From positions 1 through 64,000 of the forward strand of contig KZ538262.1 in NCBI GenBank assembly GCA_000934665.2: a stretch of DNA of 64,000 nt. The letters are read 5' to 3'. The position numbers were made by a program, and so were the translations under genes. Under the pieces are notes generated by a model that saw nothing but the letters and a program-made list of their open reading frames with translations, searched no databases and was not told the DNA's origin. This stretch comes from Catajapyx aquilonaris (lineage: Eukaryota). Below are positions 15,501 to 32,700 of the stretch, one piece after another; position 1 is the first letter of the stretch, and each line of letters opens with the position of its first letter.

Positions 15501-15906
15501 TTGGTGATAAAAAAAGATCGTGATAGAAAGACCTTTTGATGCGCTTCCTAGTGGTCGTCATAAAACCCAGCTTCCTATTTTTTTTTTGTGCCGCGTGACC
15601 AGGCCAGCACAGTAAGCATTAATAAGTAAAACGTTGCATGGTATCGATACTAAAAATCGGTGGTAAGCCATAAAATAAAATGCAGCGGCATGTTGGAAAA
15701 ATACGGTTGCAAAGCAGCGAGCAAGATTGGATTAGCACGAAGCATGCAACGACGCTAGCACGATTCCGATTTTTCTACGCCCAAAAAGATTCAGTTCCGA
15801 GAATACACTTTCTAACTTTCTTGAACCCATGGAAAATTGCAGTACTATCAGTTTTTTTTAGTACTTTTCCACTTGTTAGAATGGAAGGAAAATGAAGCAC
15901 TTCTTT

Positions 15907-16050
15907 AAAGTGGGACTATTTCCTCGTAAAACAGGTGCTCAAAATTTCTTCGTAAATCAGGTGCTCAAAAATTTCTTCGTAAATTAGGTGCTCAAAATTT
16001 CTTCGTAAATTAGGCGATCAAAATTTCTTCGTAAATGAAATGTTCCACTT
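15907..16050. repeat. Short tandem repeat (~26-27 bp x ~4) bracketed by imperfect inverted ends; possible MITE
   Basis: Unit AGGTGCTCAAAATTTCTTCGTAAATY is repeated. Flanks AAAGTGGGACTATTTC and GAAATGTTCCACTTT are near-complementary. Confidence 0.6.
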
Positions 16051-19000
16051 TTCCTCTTATTTAAATGTAAATTGACATATTGACTATAGGTTTTCCTGGG
16101 GTGCAGGAGTGAATTAGTGCTGATTTGGTCAAGATATGCAGCTTATAGGGGCGTGAGCGTGACATTGGCGTGGATCACGGATGGTTCCCAATGATGAGGC
16201 TGGAAAAATGGATGGAGGTCGCTCCGGAAGAGCCACTTTTCCTTGGGATTTTCTTTTTTTTTTCTACTTCTCTCTCGGCTTCTTTTCTGACCCAGCGGTC
16301 TACTTTGCTAGGGCGATTCTTGGCTGGCCAGACGGACACACACATACAGCGTGATCCCTGAAGCTCCTGCAGCATCAGCGAGATGAGCTGCTTTCTCCGA
16401 CCAACCGGCTCTAAGCCCCCTTTTTATTCCTTGCTCATTTGGCCATTAAATGCAGCTCGCTTCGTTTCACCGGTTCGGAATTATTGTCATTTTCCTTTTG
16501 AAGCGGACGATCCTGACTGGATCCGTGACAAGCGCGATACGATATTCGCTTTTGGGAGGTCCTAGTCGCATCACGTTGCGTCGCATGTGTGTGATGGGGG
16601 TACCAATTCATGTAGTACATCCGAGGAAAAAATTTAAACGTTTTGAATCAAAAGCAGGGATGGAATCGTTGTCATATGACTTAGCAGTGGGACGGAAATT
16701 CAACCCCATATTTATAATTTTGCTCCATTTCATGAGCCTCGCTGGTACAGTACCGGCTGTACCGTGAGGTACTTAACACCTGATTTATTATTGTAAAAGG
16801 ATTCGGCACGCTTTTCTTGACCTTTGCCACGATACATCATTGTCGCACACCACTTTATTTTGGGTGACCTTTGACTCTCATGAATAACACTCGTGATTTG
16901 CACTTGCGTCCAAACCGATTACAGGTCTTTCTGTCATGAAAAATGTGGCATGCTGTACCCCATCCAACGACACAAATCCGTTCCGCCAACTCCAGTTGAG
17001 TAATTGTCAATTAATGACTGTCGTCACCGCTCAACTTATCCGGAAATGAGAGTAATACGTAACCAAAAGATGATGGTAAGGGCTTTCTGAGAGGGTGGAG
17101 GTGAAAGCTGTGGTCCATTATAGCGTTTCCTCCAGGCAAGACGCCCGCTGAATGATGGGTTCTCATAAGACCTGCCCGTTCGCTACTCGTCTTGAATATT
17201 AAAAGGCTTTCCCCCAGCAAATAGCTCACCTGCTCGGAATCTCTCACCTGGTTTTTGTTTGCATTTGGTCCCCCCATCATCGGCCCGATACATTACACTC
17301 TCACTTTTATGCACCGATCGTGCATGCGATGATATAGACCGTTAAATTACAGGATCGGATAGACGGTGGCTGGTCTGTTAGGCTAAGATTCTCCTCTTTA
17401 ATTCCCCTTTGGCCCATGGTTTTCATCCTGGCTGTCACAGGCCTCGGGGAAAGAAAGGGAAAGGCGGAAGTTTTTGCATTCTAATAGAGCCACCCATAAT
17501 CGCCTTTGCTAAAATGCAGTTTACAATTCTGGGGAAAATGGCGATGTATAACTCCGGTTCAAGAAAGTGGGGAGATAAGAATCGTTGTAATTCGATTATT
17601 ATATGACGTTTGGTATGGGATGGTACGTGTGGTCTGCCAGTAGTCTAGACCTGATGACCTTTCCCACACGGATAAAGGGAAGGTGAGATATAGAGCGATA
17701 CCGCAAACAACAAAAAAAAAAGTTGGCTCAGCAACATTGTTCCGTCGCATTACATCTTTTCCTCCGCCTACCTTTCACGTCTCTGGGGGCTGTAATTTGC
17801 CAGAGTGGAGAGAGGAAGACAAAATGGAGGAAGGGGGGAAAAAATAAGGAGCAAGGGTGTTGGAGAGGTGTGAAAGAAAATGCAAGTACAAGGAATATGC
17901 GAGAAAAAAGTCAAAGGCGCCGTCCAGAGGAGAAATCGCGTCCCGTCGAAAACTAACCTATTGTCAATTACGCCTCCTATTTTTTGTGCTCTTCCTTATT
18001 CATTCGTTCATCTCTTGTCCAAAGTTCCAGCAAAGCTTTCACCTTCCACAATAGTCTCTGCAAGACAAGCAACATCCTACAGTCCAGTCACAAACACGAG
18101 CTAGTTTGTTCTGACAACGGGGCAGCCTGCTTAAATAATTTGTTCCTTTATGAAGCATGAATGTCCACAGAAGGTGAGGGAAAAAAAGGGTTGGCCAACT
18201 TGTACTGCACTAATGATGGCATTTCGCTGTTTGTTGCTGGAACGTGATGGCCCTCACACGAAACCCTCGCTGCTGCTGGTCAAAAAAGGACACATCACGT
18301 TTTTAAAGTTGTACTAGCCAAGTCAGTTATGAAATCCTTCCTGGAAATACACCTAACGACTGCTAATGTTCAACTACGTTATTATTTGGACCATGTGACT
18401 CTGAAGATGAATGACAGGAATCGTATATGGATGTTAATCATCTTGGAGAGCTCATTCTTTGCAATAGTTATACGAAAAGCATTTGTTGTCGACTCTTGCA
18501 TTGGAAAGAATCAAATGAAAAAGTCCAAACGAAAGTTTACATCGAATTCATATAAAAGCTCTTACTTTCATGCCTACAGGAGGACTTTAGGGCCACAATC
18601 GATCAACTGATATGATGCTTTCGTTTTCAATATCGAGAAAATGTACCGCTAGTTTAGGAACAAACATCGACAGTGATATTAATTTATTTGTCTTCAGGAA
18701 AAATGCGAATAACCTTCATTACTGGCATGCTTATAGAAGAAAGGATCAATTGCTACTGCATACCTGTCTACTTGTGAATTATTTGTTTAGAGACCTGGTT
18801 CATCATTGAGTGTACAGTATTTTTAAATATATGAAAATGTGCTGGCTATGTCAATGCATTTTTCGTCATAAGTAGGCTTTTATATAGTTTCTTACAGTCG
18901 CTCCAAGATAATGCAGTGAAGGAAAACAATACTTGAGCATGAAAAACGCAGTGCTTCACAAGTAATAATAACATAGCGGAATCTTTGAGTATCCTGCCAA

Positions 19001-20223
19001 GACATGACTGTATCCCTGATCTAACTTGATTTACGAGCCCGAGGGAAATATTGATTCGTACAGATCTTGTGGAATTTCAAAGGCGAACAAATCAAACTTT
19101 AATCCCCTTAAAGCAACTGTACGATAACAAAACGCAGACATTGTATAAGGTTATAACGTTGGGTAGCCGAAGCTTGTACAGTCGCTTTTCGTCTGAACCT
19201 AGATGAATCAACATTGCTTGATGGTTACGCAACGGTTCTGACATGTATCCTGCATAATGCATATTGTCAGCCGAACTATACCACCAAATAAAAGGTCCAA
19301 ATACCGCGACTAGAACGGTCCCGCGCATTGACGTCATGAGAACTCATTCCCATGGCCGGTGAAAGTTGAGCAATCAAGCGATTAGGTCCATTAATCCAAA
19401 ACCAAAAGGGTTACATAAGGCCACGGTGGCAATTAGACGCTGCAATTAGGCGGAGGGGGATGATGGGGTGTAAAAAGAAGCGTGTCAAGCTGTGTGTGGT
19501 CATGGCGGCTGTGACCTCCCGAGGAAGCCAATTTCGGTTGGTTTGTCAAGAAAACCAACTCGGGCAAGGATGACGGAGAGCCGGGATATTTAGAACGAAT
19601 GTGTGCCGTACCGACCCCGAAAACCGGTCCTGACGAGAGCTTCTTTTCGATTGGACTGACACAAAACTATATTGCAAGTCAGCTGTCGATGAGGATGCGC
19701 CTTTAGGAGAAACTTGACCACTGGTCCTCCTTGGCACCAATCACCTGTTACAAGCAACAATGACCTCAACCTACAGTTAGCGCATTGTCTGCGGTTGCAG
19801 GAAAGGATGGAATTGCACGCAGTCGAACCCTTTTCCATGGGAAAAATGGACAGTTGGTGAATTGCGAAACAGGTCCCGTTGTATGGACCTACCGTCTTTG
19901 GTTCACGACATTTATGAGTGCGTCTGCACGAAAATAATATGGCTGAAGAGCAAGTAGTCTCTTGTGAAATTGCAATATTTTGGCGTGGAAAGAATGAGAT
20001 GCTGCTGTGCTGCTCTCTCACCGGTTCTTGCATAAACGTCGTGATTTACATTCAACTTCATATGGTAGCGAACCTTGTGGGTTGCAAAGGTCTCTGAATT
20101 ACTCAACGGGAGATCACACAAGGGCCGGATTCATATGGCCAACAACTTTATAGGTGAGGCACGTACTCTATACCTCGGTTTGGAAAACAGGTGTTATTGC
20201 GGAATATTCGCCGCTTTGGGGGC

Positions 20224-20224
<1 letters not shown>

Positions 20225-20294
<70 letters not shown>
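20225..20294. repeat. (AAT)n microsatellite
   Basis: Direct reading. Confidence 0.95.
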
Positions 20295-20297
<3 letters not shown>

Positions 20298-23200
20298 AAT
20301 ACGGTGTGTATAGAGGCTGTCCTTATGATTTGCAAATAATGTTATAGTAAGACTTCCGATTTTGAATGTTTGCGACATGTTATTGCGCAATCATGAAGGT
20401 CATAAAATGTATATTTTAGTAACAATGTGTGACTCAAAAAACATTGTATTATATACCACTGCCATAAACATGGAAATAAATATTACTTCAGGTTTAATGG
20501 TCATTATAAACTTGCAATTTGCAAATTAGCAGCATTTTTGTACTTGTCAGCTCAGGAGCTCGGTTTTGCAATCCTGGCTTTCACTCTTAGTAGGCACAAT
20601 CAAGCAACATTTGCATCAAAAATTCTGAATAGGTGTCTTAAAGACTGCCTATATCTTGCTAACTTTTCCAATCGAGGTCTTGAGGGCTCAGTTCAGGTCA
20701 TATCTTCGCAACTGCTTGGTGGTTACGGCCGATTTTTCGAAACAGAAAACCGGTTTTATAATCTTGAAATAGTAGTGCTGTAATAAAACTCCCTTCGTCT
20801 GACATGAATGCAGAGGTCAACAGCATTGTAACTGCACCAACCACCATTTGGGAGCAGAATCAAGCAACTACAAGACCATATCATGCAAAATGGCACTTTT
20901 ACAAAAAAATTAAGTCAGGCATGGCGCCACTGGACCTTCTTCGGTGCCGATAAGGTTTAGCTTTCCGGATTTTTATTTCTCTCGTAATAGTTTACAGGAA
21001 GCACTGATAAACCATGAGAAAAGTCGTAAATCTATACAATTTAGAGCGTACAGTCTATTAATTTACGGTCAAAAGTCACAGGTCGTGAGATTCTGACTTT
21101 AAATTCCACTGTTTGTTTCGCCATTTCGTTAATGAGCAGTCTGTAGGTTTGATTAATTAAATACCGTATGCATACTTGCACGAGAAAATTCTGCTATCAA
21201 TATACAGTACAAGACTATTTGGCTTAATTGCTAGTCCAAAAGTTTCCTATTGCTGTAATGTGTTCTTGCAAAGAAATTCCCGTAACAATGTTCATTTTTA
21301 TAATAACACTCCATTATTCTTATTTAAAAGTGGCTCATTTATGTTTGATGTGATATGGACAGTTATTTTCATTCAAGAAAAGTACCAAAACACACCAAGG
21401 GCACTTTTACCGTTCACCTTTGGAAGGTATAATGTACTGGCAGGTGTGATTGCGTGAATCGTAATTGCCACTTTTGATCCTCGTTTTCCTAGGAAGTCCT
21501 CGAGAGCATCCTGAGCGGCTTGACCGAGTCTTCACAAATCGTAAATAAAACCTAACTTTTACCGGAAGACGTCATATGGAAAGTTTCCGCTTTTGGGACG
21601 TCCGTAAAAATTACGCCATGATTTGCGTTACTGTTGCAGGAAGTAGGCCACACACATACGCGAGACGCTTCAACTGATAACAACTCGCATCTCGGCAGCA
21701 TCTAAAGAAAGAAAAAAAAAACTATGACAGCATAGCTAGGAAACAGGCGATCTTTAAAAAAATGGTGGGACGGTACAGCATAGGCAGCGATGCATTCATG
21801 TGAACCTCGCTCTAAATTGCAACCCCGTGCAATGAGCGCATGAGTAACGCAGTATTATGTATGAGATCAGAATGCGCATGACCCGGAAGATTTTTTTTCA
21901 CGGTGGTCACAGAAGTATTACTATGTCACTATACAACAGCTTTCCCTCTCTCTCTTGGCCTGTCGATAATACCGCGGGACACAAACAATAAGAAATATTT
22001 CGTGAGAACGTCTTTGCATCGAATTTTCCACGACTTGCAAATTATCGGATTCCTTGATCATTGTTCGAAAACTGGTTTACATTATTTTCTCTGCTCAATT
22101 TTTGCGGTTGTGAAGCTGAGATACCGACGCACAATAAATTCACACCATCGCGGTCGTTAGGACGGATATTTAACGCCTTCTGCGCCAATTACGCCTTCTT
22201 CAATAATCGGTAATGACAATGATTTTGCATGATCCACGCCCGGGCCAGCAGCTATCTAAAATTGATGACGCCATATGTGAATGACCCCAAGGATGAAGGA
22301 AGACTCAGTGAGAGTTTGGTTTATCTCAGCTATAAGTGTCGGGAGATTGATCCTTTGCTTATAGGTCCTCGGCGTGCCTCAGGAGAAAACTTTGAGGAGG
22401 AGGAGGAGGAGGAAGGTACAAATTGCTTCCGGAGTGAGGAGATGCTGCGAGTATATACCTGTGGCCACTGGACCATGCCGGAGAAAGCCCATGGAGCACT
22501 CATGACTGCCCCAGGGGCGATAATGTTATTGTTGTTGTCTTATTTGTTTGTTGCCCGCTTATTTCCTGGCAATTTTCAGAGTGAAATGTTGAATATATTC
22601 GCCTGGTATTTCATGATTGGAGCCGATACCATCTGCTGTCCAGGCTGACCTCCTTCGAGGAATCACTCTCGCCCTTCCATATAACAAAAGGGGGTGCATT
22701 AAGTAATTAATTAATCCGAAAGAGGAACGTCATCAGAAATAATATGTTTTGAATGCACAACCAGCCGCCGAGTGAAATGCAGGGTAAACTTTCTATAATT
22801 TATTAACGGTGCACGAAGACAATGCGTCGGGACTGTTTGCGATGTGTGCCCGAGACAGGTTCCTTTCCTGTCGAGGGCAAACATGACCTTGCCGAAAGGA
22901 TCGTGGATTGAACACGACCAGAATCTTTCAGGCGTGCCTTATTACGCATAATGGGGCTTTTTGATCCAGTTGGTGCGTGTTGTTGGAAGAATAGTGTCCC
23001 ATGGAGGCTGCATTGTCAAATGGGACTGGTAGGCGGTGGTTGACATGTCTTCATGGGGGGGCCGCAATCAGTACAATCAATCACTTGGGTATCGTGACTA
23101 TAGACATGTCCTATTTTTTCCTGCAGGATGCGCTTGGGAAGAAAAGGTGAAAATTAATGATGCTGGTGTCCATAATGTGGAAATTGTTGTAGAGAAGGTC

Positions 23201-24432
23201 CATCGGCCTCTGCTCATCCTCCCACTCCACTTTCCCTTCCATCATCCTTATAGGCAGAGGAGCCTGTAGAGAAGGAGGGGGTGAAAGTGGTCATCTAGTG
23301 GCCCACTGGACACTGGTCAGTCTCCCATCAGGTGGCATACTTTCCTTTCGATTCTTTCCCTGTTCTCACACTGGCACGCACCCTCCCACGCACACGTCGG
23401 TATGACAAGCTGGTAATGAAGGATCATTTGCTCGCACTTGACCTCAGCCATCAGGTCATGTGGCGCATCCATCACCGGGGTCATTTGCCCCTTTGGGGTT
23501 CTTTCCCCCTTGATTATTTGGCAAGGTCAGAGGTCGCAGAAAGGACTAGCCTGCAAGCAGTCCCCTCCACCATGATCACTTATGGGGGAGACGTTTGGGA
23601 AAGTTGCTCTATCTGAAGAGTGCAAGAAACATGTGGGCAACATCTCGCCGGCGCTCTTTTCTCAAAAGGCCAAAGGACTACCCCTCCCAAGTACCCGACT
23701 TGCATTTTGCCTTGTGCCTAATAACCCCAGGAGTACGACTTGTTTGGATACCATCCTTGGCACACAACAGTTTGGCTTACGACACCTATTGCCACGATGT
23801 TACCCATCACCTAGGAGGGGGGCCAAATTATAGTTGGCACATGGCGAGTTAGCTCATATTGATCAGTAGGATAAGTGAAAACTTACATGAAGGGCATCTG
23901 ACAGCTATTGTTGTGGTTGTTGAATGGGGGTGACCTCTCTCCCAAAAATGAATGAAAAAAGAACTCATACTGGTCCATATTGACTTGACCACGTGTGGAA
24001 AGTGGGCTGGAAAAAAAAGGCAATGTTGCCATCTAGGTAACTAATACAACATGAATAATACCTCCTTTTCACATATGAATGAACACTTCACTCAAACCTT
24101 AGCGTATTATAAGGCATTAATGAAGTGCATTTTAATTTTTATTATTTGGATCGCACGTACAATATTGAAGTCACTATGACTTTTTTATTTGTCGACCAAT
24201 GTAATGATGTCAACTCCTTGGATTCTCCAATCAGATTGTGCATCCAAGTTGTCACCAGAATAAACTAACTTAATACCGTCCATACACTGACTAATAAAAT
24301 GAAAAAGACCTATTGCTGCTGCTATTGCAGCCCACAATATATAAATAAGATTGCATTACTGTCATTTACCCTCCCTAATTAGAGTCATTTAATGTTTATG
24401 CCTACACTATGTGCTCATATTAAAAAGACAAT

Positions 24433-29037
<4,605 letters not shown>

Positions 29038-29191
29038 GGTCCGGGCCGGTCTTGATCACGCTGTTCCGTGTGGAGCCGTGTCACGGGGTGGACCTGTACC
29101 GGAGACGTGCAAATCGAGCGTGGTCACACGCCACGTACCCCAAGCGACCGGACAACACCCGAAGCACCGGCGAAATCACAAGAAGTAAGTG

Positions 29192-29204
29192 GCGGCCATC
29201 TTGG
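29192..29204 (-). promoter_or_regulatory. YY1/Pho-type motif (CCAAGATGGCCGC) near the Prp40 5' end, inside a putative 5'-UTR intron (~29094-29299)
   Basis: Motif match only. A GTAAGT donor at ~29299 and a TACAG acceptor at ~29094 suggest a UTR intron. Confidence 0.35.
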
Positions 29205-29749
29205 ATGAGGCCACAGGGTAGCCAACACACAAGCGCCGGTGGCTCATCCAAGCGGTGCCAACAGGGAAGAGGCCGGCTGATTCAAAGAGCGTCACTTACC
29301 GCAAAAGGAAGTGTGATCTCATTATTCTCATTCGGTACATACTTACTGGGCGGGATCGTTGTCCTTGTATGGCTGGCTTGCAGAGGAGCCCGTTCTTCGC
29401 ATGGTTTATTTTATTTTATTTTATTTTTTGCTGTGGTACCACGATCATGGTACCTAACCCCGTTGCCATGGTGCGAAGCGGGGAAAACAAACATACAAAC
29501 AAAACTTTGCCTTTCATATATGACTGATGTAAAGGCAATGCAACGAATCTAGAAACAACAGCCGTTTATTTATCTCACTGAAAGTCCAGCTAGAACAGCC
29601 AGCAAATAGATTCTGGGGACGGTTAATAAAACATCCGGTGTCCATGTCCCACCAACGCATGAGCACTGTTCACTTGCCTGTGGCCAGGTCCTGATTAGAA
29701 AAATAATGATACAAACACTCCGTTCACAACCACAACGCATTATCCTGTG

Positions 29750-32700
29750 TCAGTCCCTGCGCATCCAGCGAGGGAGGATGCCCATTATCCTGGCCATGGG
29801 TCCGGTCTGCTGGGGATGGTCTTCCGAAGGTGGCAGGGTACCACTCCGCTGACCCAGGTGACCCGCCATCGGGGTCATCGGAGTCAGCTGGACACTGGAC
29901 GGACGTCTCCTTGGCGCCGCCGCTGCCGAGGCCGCCGGCGACTGAGTTTGGATGACTATTCTGCCCAACCTGTTTGGAGTCGCGGGTGTGACCTGTCCCG
30001 ATTGCAACCTGGTGTAAGGACCGGAGGGCAGTGGTTGCTCGCAGATGAAGTCCACGGATGGCAGGGAAGAGCTGCGGCTGGACAGGTTGGGGAGGCTCAG
30101 GGAGGACATTGGATGTGGACCTGACACCTCGGCTACGAAGGGCGCCTTGCGATGGACCTTGCCCGGGACACCTCCGATTCCTCCGGTGTAGTGCCTGACC
30201 AGGTGACCTTCGGTGCCTGCGAACGACTGCTCCCGCCTCATGTTCCCCCTGTAAGAGGAGGACTAGAAAGGTCATCAATTGCCCGATGGCTGCTACCACA
30301 CAAGGCGTTCCGAATTTACATTGCGTTTTGAAACAATTTCTTAGGGCACTTGCAGTCTTTTCGTTGTGCAGTTATTTGGCAGCAAACAAGTTCCCGAAGC
30401 GATTGTTTCCAAACGTGGCGTAACTTTGGACCGCCTTGTACTACGAAGCAGTGGTGCCGTGTTCAGCTAATTTTGAATCCAATAGGCACCTATTAGTAGG
30501 CTACCGACTATAGCGCTAATTTAGTGCGAATGTCTACAGTGGATCTGCCAGCGGTGGGCAAGTGTCGCTCTACCAACACTTGCCCCATTTCCCCGGCTGG
30601 CCACCCACCTCATCTGCGAGGCCGAGGAGGCACCACTTTGTGGTTGGAACGCGACGACTTTCCTGGAAGAATCCCCCGGCCTGAGTACGTTGATGGTGGA
30701 GGCCGTGTTGTCCGCCTCGTCGTCGATGTAGTCCAGGTACTCCGAATCGTCTCCGAAGACGCCTCCCGAGTTGCCCATGTAGCAGGAGCCCAGGGTACGG
30801 GTGTCCCACTCGTCCTGCACCTCGTGGCCGTCCTCCACCAGGTCGTCGTCTCCGTCGTCGTGGTGCATCGCGTGCCACACGATCACGTGCTTCTTCTTGG
30901 CCGTCTGGATCTTCTTCCCGTGGTGTTGGGGCACCAGGTGGAGGCGTCTGGCCAGCTTCTTGGCCCGAGTCTGCTTGTGTCGGTGCTGCTGTTGAAGGTG
31001 CTGCGGGTGGTGATGCAGCTGGTGCTGGTGGTGTTTGTGACGGTGCTTTCCGATCTTGGACAGGTCTTCTAGGCTGCTGCTGTGTTCCACCACCAGACTG
31101 GACCCTGCCTGGCTGCCTTCCCCCTGCTGACCTCCTGCGCCCCACCCTGGAGGGTCATTCCCAGTCCTGACCACCCCGGTGTGGGACATCCTCCTGGTTG
31201 GAGGCGTCATTGGCGCAGCCAGCCCAGAAGCCTCTTCCAGCAAAGGCCTAGGGTGCGCCTCAGTCCCGCAGCCCGAGTCTCTGCAATCCGTAGTCCGGCA
31301 CGTGTTATCGACGATGCCTTTTGCTGGCTGCAAGTGACGTATACTAGTATGTGCAACACTGCTTATTCTGACTATTTGCCCGCGACCTCTCGTCATATTG
31401 GAGATTACGCTTAGGACCAAACAATGGCTGTTCCTGCGAGCTCCCATGCTTGTTACATGACACATTCACACAGCCGCTTCATGACGGAACAAAGTGTGAA
31501 CTTGCAATAAAGCGGATGTGTGAATGCGTGATCTTGATTAGTGTTCTTGTTCCGAGTAGGCTAACAAGCAAAAGATTGCACTAATTAAAAGTAAACACTA
31601 AATGGCGTGATGAGAGAAAGGGAGTGAGTTTCCAGCATTATGACCCATGAGGATTTATCCAGCGGGACGGTTGGAGTTGTCGGGAGACGGAAGGGTTGCG
31701 AATCTTACCGCCTGATACCTGAAGTGTCGCTCGGGATGCTGTGGGCTCTTGACGTCGATCCCAACGACAGGACGTTGGGTGCAGAGCTTCGACACCTTCC
31801 CAGGAAAGGTATTGACGGGGTTCGAGGAGTGGTTGGGGGTTTTGTTGATAGGGGTTGTTGCTGTGGTTGCTGTTGTTGTTGCTGCGGTTGTTGGGGTGCT
31901 GATGCGCCGGTGGTCACTGCCCCGTCGGTCTTTAGAGCTCCTATAAGAAAAGACGCGAGCCAATCGAGGTGCCTCTGCCTCATTTTTGTTTAAGTGGAGG
32001 AAAAATTACAGAAATTTCTGCTTGACGGTCCCCAGAATGCAGACATGAGAATACATGAACATGTGTAAAAGGATTAGGAGGAATTTCCACTTATTTTTCA
32101 TTTTCATTGTAAAGCTCTTAGTGCAATAGTTCCCATATTCTTCACTACTAAGCTAAAGCAATGGCAAATTTTTCCAATGATCTAATTGGCAAGTGACGGA
32201 GAATGTTTTTGAGGCCAATTACCGGTATTCTTTTCCCCGTTTATACCTAGCAGATTGAGCATGGATGTTCTGATCGGGGCGCGCAGACCTTTGTCCAGTC
32301 CTCCTCTCATCTCCTCGTCATCTTCTTCGATAATCTCCGGTAGAAGAAGCGATTGCTTATGCTGAGGAACCCTGAAACACTTCACGCTTAGTTTCACACT
32401 GGCTCTTATTTTTTCAGGGGTTTCCGGCAAAATAATAAGGATGACTCACATCATGTCAGCGACGGATCCTCGGTACGTCTTCTTCTTGTAAGCGACGGCT
32501 GCTTCGGTGTACGGCAGCACCAGGTCCACGTCGTCAAAGTATTTGTCCTTGACCAGAGGCGGAGCTCTGGTCATCAACAAGTCAACTCCCAAGTAGGACA
32601 CTTTCGTGTGACGGTCGATGAGCCAGTTGAGTTCAAAGTCCTCGTCGTCGTCGCCAAACGGATTTATCAGCTGCTCGGCAACCTGGATGGACACAAAATA

